From assembly GCA_013044175.1 (NCBI GenBank), contig JABEUY010000055.1, positions 30,228 to 94,227 on the forward strand: a stretch of 64,000 nucleotides of DNA, given 5' to 3'. This document shows positions 54,145-61,124 of the stretch, one piece after another. The position numbers were made by a program, and so were the translations under genes. This DNA is from Bacilli bacterium (GTDB taxonomy: Bacteria; Bacillota; Bacilli; Alicyclobacillales; SLC66). Numbering within the stretch: position 1 is the stretch's first letter; each line of letters starts with the position of its first letter. Under the pieces are notes generated by a model, which had not been told where the DNA came from, did no database searches, and saw only the letters and a list, made by a program, of their open reading frames with translations.

Positions 54145-54201
54145 GTGCGCTTGGCATGGGCGTTTTCTATACGGTGAAAGTCCAGAATGGTGAAGGTAGC
54201 A
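54145..54201 (+). mobile_element. second group II intron 5' fragment (57 nt)
   Basis: GTGCGC followed by 49 nt identical to 47485..47533 (GGCATGGGCGTTTTCTATACGGTGAAAGTCCAGAATGGTGAAGGTAGCA). Confidence 0.6.
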
Positions 54202-54309
54202 TCAGTCATTAGCTTAACTTACAGTACCAACTTGGACACTTACCAGTAAATCCGGGAATTAAATGTTACATCGCATACAGTTATTAACACTGATAAAGGG
54301 GTTAATCAG

Positions 54310-55059
54310 GTGAAAAGGTTACCTACCATCTTAGCCACACTACTATTACTCACAAGTGTTTCAGTTTCTCCATCAATAGCCGCGGCTGCAACGGCAAAGA
54401 GTAGTTTACCTACTGAATTAAAAAAAGAATATTATAAGGAAACCATGAACATCATTCACGAATATGGAATCTATTCTGGTCGTGCTCCAATTCCTTCATA
54501 CGCTGGAATATCAGGGCTTGCTTATGCTAATCTAGTGAAATTTAAAGGCGTGAAGAATAGTGTATTGCTGCTGCTGTACATCAGCAGGCAAAGCGAATTT
54601 GCATATGATTTGTGGGACGGTGATAAGCAGTTGGTTAATGGCTGGCTTCCGCTAGGTAGCGGCATCGTTTCGTATGGCAGTGCAAATTTAGATCGATTGC
54701 GTGATGGCATGTTGTACGTTCATGTAATAAATGGAGGTCAAGGTGGTGGAACTGGTGTCCAAGAAGATGATTTCTACACGATTTCCAGATTAAAATGGGT
54801 AGAAGTGGCTGCTTTAATTGATAAATGGTCGCAAAACAACGCCACAGACACGATCAATGTGTATGATGTAATTAAGAATAAGAAGTTAAGACCTGTTTCA
54901 GCATCAGTGTACAAAGACATCTTCAAGAGGTATGCAGAGGGTAAAAATACAAAGTTATTCAGTGATTCTTGGGGATACAATTATTTTGCGTCTCACACAA
55001 GTAGAAATAGACTGCGCGATGGTGAAATTTATGAATTCTTGGCGCGTCTTAGAAAATAA
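54310..55059 (+). CDS. secreted hypothetical protein (low GC cargo)
   Basis: GTG start after an AAAGGGG RBS. Signal peptide ..SPSIAAAA. Confidence 0.5.
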   Translation: MKRLPTILATLLLLTSVSVSPSIAAAATAKSSLPTELKKEYYKETMNIIHEYGIYSGRAPIPSYAGISGLAYANLVKFKGVKNSVLLLLYISRQSEFAYDLWDGDKQLVNGWLPLGSGIVSYGSANLDRLRDGMLYVHVINGGQGGGTGVQEDDFYTISRLKWVEVAALIDKWSQNNATDTINVYDVIKNKKLRPVSASVYKDIFKRYAEGKNTKLFSDSWGYNYFASHTSRNRLRDGEIYEFLARLRK

Positions 55060-55060
55060 T

Positions 55061-55106
55061 CAATTTGTCCCCCACGTCCCTTCTCTAAATGAGAGGGGGT
55101 TTTTTC
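55061..55106 (+). promoter_or_regulatory. ICE intercistronic box-hairpin module, copy 16
   Basis: Box CAATTTGTCCCCCAC; stem CCCTTCTC/GAGAGGGGG; TTTTTT; ATG 55107. Confidence 0.7.
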
Positions 55107-57710
55107 ATGTCCGAAAAATGGGAATTTGGGAAGATCAAGACCATTCCAGACTGGATGCAGCGGTTGAAAGATCGACCTAGCAAGTCGAATACCGCAGACA
55201 CAAACGTTTCATGGGTACGCATCATTCCGTTTGCTGGACAAAAGCATGATGCCGACAAGTTGCCATCAAAACTTGGTGGCTTGGGTGGCGAGGTCCATTG
55301 GCGATTCTGCAAAGATGGTGCGGGCAAGATCAGTGTGTATGCAGGGTATCAGTCTGCCGATGCGCTGCGTAGGGCACTAGAACAACGTTTAACCGATGCC
55401 GACCTTCAAGCCACCAATGAGCCGCCGACCTACGAAGAGAAATTCGTCAACCGGGTTGGTGAGCTTGGCGGCGTTTTGAATGATAAGGCAAAACTAGAAT
55501 CGATTCTGGACGCGCTCGAAAATGACACGTATTTGGACATCGTTTTCGAACAACGCCCGGACCACGAATTCAAAAACGCACTCAAAAATCGCGGCGGTAC
55601 TGCAAAAAGCGACAAGTCTCACATGAGTGACGCGGCAGACGCTTGGAAGGAACTGTTATTTATGGACGGTAAGACCAAGCCTAAGACAGCCGCCAAGGGG
55701 CAAGCACCTGCGGAGTCAAACCCTGTCGATAAGGATCGAGCCAAGCAGATCAATGACCTGCTGGCTGAAAGCACCAACTATTTCCGTGTGTCGATCAAGC
55801 TTGGGGCAGCGCACTCCAAGCACATTCAGACGATTTTTACCGAACTTAACAGTCAATTTAAGCATCGTCACCGCCTTAGTCTGTCCGACGAGGCAAAGAG
55901 CACACTTTGGAAAAAAGGTAGCGCGGAAGGGCTGTGGCGTGAAGCAGAGTTGGCGGTTTTGGTCGCGCTGCCTGACATGACCCACACGCAGATGGCGCGA
56001 TCCGTCACGCACATGAAGCCGGGCGAACAGACATTGAATGACGATCAGTTGACAGATGGCATTGCCGTTGGTCGATTGATCCATCCAGTCAAGTCGCCGC
56101 GACTCGTCAAGATACCAACCAAACAATTTTTGCGCCATTTTTTCATGGGTGGCAAAAACGGTTCCGGGAAGTCCAGTACCGCAGTGCAAATGATTCAATC
56201 CTTGTTGGACGAATGGGGTGAGAATCCTGATTTAGCACCGGGCTTTACGTACATTGACCCGGCAGGATCGACACTCACTATTGTCCTCAATCGGTTGTTA
56301 AAGCTGGAACAGCAGGGTGTCCGTATTCCATGGGAAAAGGTGCATTACATCGACATGACACCCACATCACAGTACCCGGTGGGCTTGAATCTGCTTTACC
56401 ATGAACAAGGCGAGGGTGTGTCTGCCGTGGCATCCGGTGCGCTAGACGTGATCAAATCAGCCTTTGGCGGGGATGCCATTTTTACTGAACGCCTAATGGA
56501 AAACGGCATGATGACCCTGCTGTACGACACACATCCGCACACGATCTTAGGCTTGACCAGTATTTTACAGTACCCTGCCATGCGTGAGCACATTGACATC
56601 TTGGACCCGCTGGTGCAAGAGTTTTGGGAGACAACTGGGAATGACCTGAAACCGAAAGACCTCGATCCGCTGCTGAATCGGTTGCGCCCGTTACTGATGA
56701 ATCCTGCAATGCGCCGCATTTTTGGGCAGCAGGACTGGACACTAGACATCCTCAAATGGATGGACGAAGGACACATCGTTTTGGTCAACGTGTTAAACCT
56801 CGAACCAAAAAACATGGGGCTGGTTGGTGGTCAATTCTTGATGCGATATCACGCCACCGCCAAAACGCGTGAACCGGACATTTCCAAGCCTCACATCCTG
56901 ATGATTGACGAGGCACATAATGTCCGGGTTCCAATTCTCGAAAAGGTGATTGCCGAAGATCGCAAGTTTGGGTTGAGCCTTGGACTGATCACGCAATTCC
57001 CGGAACAGTTTGATGGATTGCTGCTAAAGTCGATATCGGAGAATATGGGCACATTTTTGACTTGCACGGTAGGTCCGAGTTCCGCATCCGTCATGTCCAA
57101 AATGATGAATGGCGCATTTGCAGGTGGCATACTTCAAGGTTTGCCGACGAGCCGTGTAGCGGTTTACACGAGCATCGATGGAGAGCCGCTGTCATTCACC
57201 GTCAAGTCTGACCCGCCTGTGATTTATCGTCCTACTGGTGAGCTTGCCCGGTACGAAGATGCAGCCGCGATGCGGGACGCGCAGGGCTGGGCAAAGGCAA
57301 AAGCGGAGGCATTGTCTAGTCGTGATGGCAAGAGCAGCGAGGCTGTGGACCAAGAGATCGCTGCATATTTCGAGTGGTTGAAGCAGTTTAAGGATGTAGA
57401 CGAAGATGAGGACAAGCCAAACGGTAAGCCCTCGAAAGAGGTCAAGGTCTACAAGCCAACCGCCGATGAGCAAGTGGTTTTGGAAGGGCTATGCGCTCTC
57501 GTTGGTGATCGCGGTGGTTGGGAAGGGCGAACCAGTGAGTTGTTGACAGCGTTAGAGGACGTGCTGGACGCGGCGGTTTTGGAGGATTGGACAGCTAAAG
57601 TTCTAGGCGTGTTGTTGTCCAAAGCCGTGACATACCTCGCGGTGCATGGAATACAGGCAAACAGTGTGCGCAAAGAGAAGGGTACATTCTGGTCTTTCCA
57701 AAGTTCGTAA
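55107..57710 (+). CDS. T4SS coupling-protein-like P-loop ATPase (VirD4/TraD/TraG-like) without N-terminal TM
   Basis: Walker A is GGKNGSGKSST and Walker B is ILMIDEAHN, plus GLSLGLITQFPEQF. The C-terminal 87 aa is shared with the next gene. Confidence 0.6.
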   Translation: MSEKWEFGKIKTIPDWMQRLKDRPSKSNTADTNVSWVRIIPFAGQKHDADKLPSKLGGLGGEVHWRFCKDGAGKISVYAGYQSADALRRALEQRLTDADLQATNEPPTYEEKFVNRVGELGGVLNDKAKLESILDALENDTYLDIVFEQRPDHEFKNALKNRGGTAKSDKSHMSDAADAWKELLFMDGKTKPKTAAKGQAPAESNPVDKDRAKQINDLLAESTNYFRVSIKLGAAHSKHIQTIFTELNSQFKHRHRLSLSDEAKSTLWKKGSAEGLWREAELAVLVALPDMTHTQMARSVTHMKPGEQTLNDDQLTDGIAVGRLIHPVKSPRLVKIPTKQFLRHFFMGGKNGSGKSSTAVQMIQSLLDEWGENPDLAPGFTYIDPAGSTLTIVLNRLLKLEQQGVRIPWEKVHYIDMTPTSQYPVGLNLLYHEQGEGVSAVASGALDVIKSAFGGDAIFTERLMENGMMTLLYDTHPHTILGLTSILQYPAMREHIDILDPLVQEFWETTGNDLKPKDLDPLLNRLRPLLMNPAMRRIFGQQDWTLDILKWMDEGHIVLVNVLNLEPKNMGLVGGQFLMRYHATAKTREPDISKPHILMIDEAHNVRVPILEKVIAEDRKFGLSLGLITQFPEQFDGLLLKSISENMGTFLTCTVGPSSASVMSKMMNGAFAGGILQGLPTSRVAVYTSIDGEPLSFTVKSDPPVIYRPTGELARYEDAAAMRDAQGWAKAKAEALSSRDGKSSEAVDQEIAAYFEWLKQFKDVDEDEDKPNGKPSKEVKVYKPTADEQVVLEGLCALVGDRGGWEGRTSELLTALEDVLDAAVLEDWTAKVLGVLLSKAVTYLAVHGIQANSVRKEKGTFWSFQSS

Positions 57711-57754
57711 ATTGTCCCACAACCCCTTCTCTTAATGAGAGGGGGCTGTTTTAT
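57709..57754 (+). promoter_or_regulatory. ICE intercistronic box-hairpin module, copy 17
   Basis: Box AAATTGTCCCAC overlaps the stop codon; stem CCCCTTCTC/GAGAGGGGG; TTG 57755 (or ATG 57764). Confidence 0.7.
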
Positions 57755-58561
57755 TTGCTCGAAATGAAACAGCAGTTGTGGAGTTGCCTACGTCAAAAAT
57801 GGGTAAGTGGGACGCTAGAGGAATGGGTACGACAGGATTATGTTCTGGTATTGGTCAATGAGTACGGCTATGCGTTAGAACAGATGGCAGAAGAGTTTGT
57901 CGTGAACGGTGCAGGTGCTGGACAGGCAAGGGCTGATCTGATCGTTTGGTCATCCGTAGAGGATAAACAGCAGGGCAACAGACCACTGTTTATCATTGAG
58001 TGTAAAGGCACTGATGATGAGATTGAGCCTTCTACATTTCAGCAAGGTATGCGTTATGCACGGTTCGTCAATGCCCCTTACTTTGTAGCTAGAAACCTGT
58101 TTGAGACACGGTTTTTTGAGATCGACCACAGCAAAATGTATCCAGAGTACGAGGAAATCGGAAGACTGGAAAACACGGCGAATCCCGACTACTCTAATTA
58201 TTTCGCGATGCACAAAGCATTAAGTCGCGTAGCTTACACAGAAAATCCACCGATACCTGCTGGGTTTAGTTGTGATAGACCCAGAATGAGCGATAAGATT
58301 TATCGACCGACTAAAAATGAACTCGTTATGCTTGAAGCAGTCTGTACTCTAGTAGAGAGCCAAGCAGGTTGGGAAGGGCGCACGAGCGCGTTGTTGACCG
58401 CATTAGAGGACGTGCTGGATGCGGAAGTGCTGGAAGATTGGACAGCCAAGAATTTAGGTGTGCTGCTGGCTAAAGTCGTGACATACCTTGCAACACGCGG
58501 TATTCAGGCGCAAAACACACGAGCAAGGATGGGCAATGTTTGGTCTTTCCGTCAAATTTAA
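57755..58561 (+). CDS. HsdR-N-terminal-like PD-(D/E)xK nuclease domain protein carrying the coupling-protein C-terminal module
   Basis: ARADLIVWSS..PLFIIECKGT..QQGMRYA pattern. The C-terminal 87 aa is 64 percent identical (56/87, hand count) to 57447..57707. Confidence 0.55.
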   Translation: MLEMKQQLWSCLRQKWVSGTLEEWVRQDYVLVLVNEYGYALEQMAEEFVVNGAGAGQARADLIVWSSVEDKQQGNRPLFIIECKGTDDEIEPSTFQQGMRYARFVNAPYFVARNLFETRFFEIDHSKMYPEYEEIGRLENTANPDYSNYFAMHKALSRVAYTENPPIPAGFSCDRPRMSDKIYRPTKNELVMLEAVCTLVESQAGWEGRTSALLTALEDVLDAEVLEDWTAKNLGVLLAKVVTYLATRGIQAQNTRARMGNVWSFRQI

Positions 58562-58776
58562 TTTCCAGTTTTGCTACCTTTCAAAATTGCAAGAGTTAGT
58601 AGCAAAAGGCAAGGTGCAAACCTTTGTCCTCATTGCAAACTTGCAAACTTGCAATAGCTTTTACCGAATCGCCTATCACCCCCAAAACACCGGATCATCT
58701 TAGCGGATTTTCTGAAAAGTGAGTCCATGTGGTCATCAAAAACTGGAAAAAATCTCGAGATTTTAGCAACCAAGAG

Positions 58777-59160
58777 TACGAATCTGTACGAGTTTAGGAC
58801 AAAATGCCGAAGCCTCGCATCCATTCTAGGCTTGCGGACGATTTTTAAGGCAAAAAACTCGCATCTATGGTTCAGGGTATGTATGATTCTCGGCTACCCT
58901 GACCTAAGATGCGAGTTTTTTGATGTTGTATGTCGTGTCATGACTGAAAGAACAGAGGATTGTACGAAACTGAACGCATTGAGGACAAGGCGTTTTGGGG
59001 CTATTACGAAACTGTCCGCATTCAGGACACAAAAATGCTGTATGGCGTGTCACGGCTGAACGTTTGGGAATCTGTACGAGACTGAACGCGTTTAGGACAC
59101 GAAGATGCTGTACGCTGGGTCATGCCTGGAAGAGCGGAGGTCTGTACGAGCTTAGGAAAG
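58777..59160 (+). repeat. iteron-like array 1 (degenerate, about 5-6 units)
   Basis: Units of the form (G/T)TACGA(A/G)..(GAAC/GTCC)GC..TT.AGGACA. Two adjacent units are 42 bp apart (58961, 59003). Confidence 0.6.
58850..58921. terminator. long-stem hairpin family, copy d (operon-end punctuation)
   Basis: CAAAAAACTCGCATCT pairs with AGATGCGAGTTTTTTG (16 bp perfect), with a 40-nt loop containing an inner CAGGGTA/TACCCTG stem. Confidence 0.6.
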
Positions 59161-59221
59161 GTATAGGAACCTTAGCGGATAAGATGCTGGGATTATGAAG
59201 CTGCCCACATCTAGGCATAGA

Positions 59222-59267
59222 GGCAGAATAGCGGCAACCTGAATCACATGGTTGCCGCTATTCTGCC
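59222..59267. terminator. 18-bp perfect hairpin downstream of the minus-strand cassette
   Basis: GGCAGAATAGCGGCAACC, 10-nt loop, GGTTGCCGCTATTCTGCC. Lies 8 nt from the stop of 59275..59721. Confidence 0.6.
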
Positions 59268-59274
59268 GTTAAAG

Positions 59275-59721
59275 CTATTCTCGAACGCCTTGCCTAAGTG
59301 CTTGCATCCACGCAGGTGTATCCTGTTCTGCCTCCGGTTCCGGTTCCGGTTTGGCTGCTGCCTCCGGTGCTGCGGGCGGGATCATATCTGCTATGGATGC
59401 CTTGACAGCGGCTATGATCTTGGTTTCTACTGCGGTTAGTTTGTCCTCTATTGATCTATCAATTGTCAAGTCAAGAGTTTCTAAAATCGGATCCAACTCA
59501 TCGTGTATCAATCGTTTTACCTCATCTACACTCATGCCCTCGCTACCACGATTGCCCGCCTGTGCGTCATATTGTAGCTGTCTTAGCAGTAGCCCTCGCG
59601 CCCATTGTGAGGTCGAACCTGCTGGAATGGCGGCGATAAAATCCGTGTCCGTGTCATAGATTGGAATGTGGATCAAGCGAATACGTTTAGGTCGATCCGG
59701 TTTCTGCTTCGCGGTGCTCAT
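59275..59721 (-). CDS. hypothetical protein (Pro/Ala/Glu-rich C-terminus)
   Basis: 148 aa. Its start overlaps the stop of the upstream ASCH-like gene. Confidence 0.5.
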   Translation of the reverse strand: MSTAKQKPDRPKRIRLIHIPIYDTDTDFIAAIPAGSTSQWARGLLLRQLQYDAQAGNRGSEGMSVDEVKRLIHDELDPILETLDLTIDRSIEDKLTAVETKIIAAVKASIADMIPPAAPEAAAKPEPEPEAEQDTPAWMQALRQGVRE

Positions 59722-59981
59722 TAGTGTACGTCCTCCTCTAGTGGTGCGATTGACAAGGCTACATAGCCATCTGGTACATACGGTGCGCCTTGCAGGATGT
59801 GTGTTATCTCGCGGTAAACCTTGCGTCCGGTGTATGGCGATCTCTTGTGCGCATCGAATTCTTCCAAAACCAGCACATCACCGACTCGATACGGTTTGTC
59901 TGCGATTCGAATTTCGACTCGTTTACGGTCCTGTAAGACAGCCTCGAAATATTCTGTGGATAGTTTTAGTTTGCGAATCAT
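59721..59981 (-). CDS. ASCH/DUF3850-like domain protein
   Basis: MIRKLKLSTEYFEAVLQDRKRVEIRIADKPYRVGDVLVLEEF. Start set by GAAGGAGG and the minus-strand box module. Confidence 0.55.
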   Translation of the reverse strand: MIRKLKLSTEYFEAVLQDRKRVEIRIADKPYRVGDVLVLEEFDAHKRSPYTGRKVYREITHILQGAPYVPDGYVALSIAPLEEDVH

Positions 59982-60026
59982 GGGTGTGCCTCCTTCTATA
60001 TTCTGTGGGGGCTGTAGGACAATTTT
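59982..60026 (-). promoter_or_regulatory. ICE intercistronic box module, copy 18 (minus strand)
   Basis: The reverse complement reads AAAATTGTCCTACAGCCCCCACAGAATATAGAAGGAGGCACACCC followed by ATG. Confidence 0.55.
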
Positions 60027-60066
60027 TATGAATTTGAACATGTTACGGACTTAATATTTTGATCGG

Positions 60067-60356
60067 ATTACGAATTTGAACGAATTGCGGACATGGCTTT
60101 TGGGGGTGATTACGAATTCGAACACATTTAGGACATGGGTTTTTGCCTCGATTACGAATTTGAACGAGTTTAGGACATGGCGTTTTGGGGTTATTACGAA
60201 TTAGTCCGCATTATGGACATGGCATTTTGGGGTGATTACGAATTAGTCCCTAATGCGGACTAGCTCAAAACGTAAAAATGGACTAAATTACGAAAGTGTA
60301 CGAGTTACATACACGTCGATTTAGTCCGTTACGAAAATGTCCACATTCAGGACAGA
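60067..60356 (+). repeat. iteron array 2: five phased 42-bp units plus two degenerate units
   Basis: ATTACGAAtt.GAAC...TT..GGACATGG..TTTTGGGG units start at 60067, 60109, 60151, 60193 and 60235, with degenerate units at 60287 and about 60328. Confidence 0.75.
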
Positions 60357-60363
60357 TTGGTGA

Positions 60364-60567
60364 TTATTGCAGCTTGCGCAGGGCTTGCGAGTACACTGCC
60401 CGGATCGTTGCGGGTGTCTCTTGCGACTCTTCGATGGCTTTTGCGATTTCGCGCCAGTCTTGGTTCTTGAAACGGCGAAACAGGACTTCCCTTTCGAGCG
60501 ACGATAAGGAACGGAACGCAGGATTTAACGTTGGATTTTCGAGCATATGAGGCAGCATATAGATCAA
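60364..60567 (-). CDS. small sigma-70 region-4 / LuxR-like HTH protein
   Basis: LSSLEREVLFRRFKNQDWREIAKAIEESQETPATIRAVYSQALRKL. Confidence 0.55.
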   Translation of the reverse strand: MIYMLPHMLENPTLNPAFRSLSSLEREVLFRRFKNQDWREIAKAIEESQETPATIRAVYSQALRKLQ

Positions 60568-60632
60568 TCTCCTTTTGGAGGTTCCCGCAAGTCATGTCAA
60601 ACCTGCGGGGACCTCTTATTGTTATTGCGAGG

Positions 60633-61124
60633 TCATACGAGCACTTCGTGCCATTCGAAAATCTCATCGATACGATACAATTCTTGGCGTAACTCGTGTT
60701 CAAAAATTCCTAGTACCTGCTCTGCTTCGACAGTCTGTGGGGCGCGAAGCAGTGGCAGGATATACTTGTAATGATCCAAAATATCTTGCACTAGTGAACT
60801 ATCTATTTCGTTCAAAACCCAGTTTATTTCCGTTAGGCGAGCTGTGTAGGCGATGAGCGGAGCACCAAAAGCAGCATATTGCGCGGGTGCATCAGCGGTC
60901 AGGCTTGCCACCAAGGATTCCATTTTGTGCAGTACGCGTACTACACGTTCAGCGTCATCCTCGTTCTCGTCCTCGTCCATGTCCTCGTCTGGTAACTGTT
61001 CTTGCTGTAGCTGTGCGAAGATTGCAAACCTCGTTTTTACGTGCCTACTCATCTGGTTTTGCAATCTTACTGTCTGCTTTTCATAAGCTGTGAGCAAATC
61101 ACCCAGTGCCTGTTTCTCTTCCAT
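60633..61124 (-). CDS. hypothetical protein (paralog of 24426..24881)
   Basis: MEEKQALGDLL.. start with an acidic DEDMDEDENEDD insert. First gene downstream of the region B promoter. Confidence 0.5.
   Translation of the reverse strand: MEEKQALGDLLTAYEKQTVRLQNQMSRHVKTRFAIFAQLQQEQLPDEDMDEDENEDDAERVVRVLHKMESLVASLTADAPAQYAAFGAPLIAYTARLTEINWVLNEIDSSLVQDILDHYKYILPLLRAPQTVEAEQVLGIFEHELRQELYRIDEIFEWHEVLV

Noticed and set aside
58727-59198. ORFs 58727..59059 + and 58995..59198 + across iteron array 1
   Set aside because: They are composed of repeat-unit translations (..LNALRTRR.. recurs). They have no RBS and span a hairpin and repeats.
59351-60054. Plus-strand ORFs 59351..59659, 59451..59639, 59666..60031 and 59821..60054
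   Set aside because: They are antisense to the minus-strand pair. That pair has an RBS, start/stop coupling, a recognisable ASCH-like domain and a minus-strand box module.
60067-60356. Possible CRISPR array (regular 42-bp periodicity)
   Set aside because: The units abut one another with no unique spacers. There are no cas genes. The repeat is not palindromic in the CRISPR manner. It is interpreted as iterons.
60347-60703. 118-aa minus-strand ORF overlapping 60364..60567
   Set aside because: It is an alternative frame over the same DNA. The 67-aa frame gives a clean sigma-region-4/LuxR-type HTH, whereas the 118-aa frame has no recognisable features.
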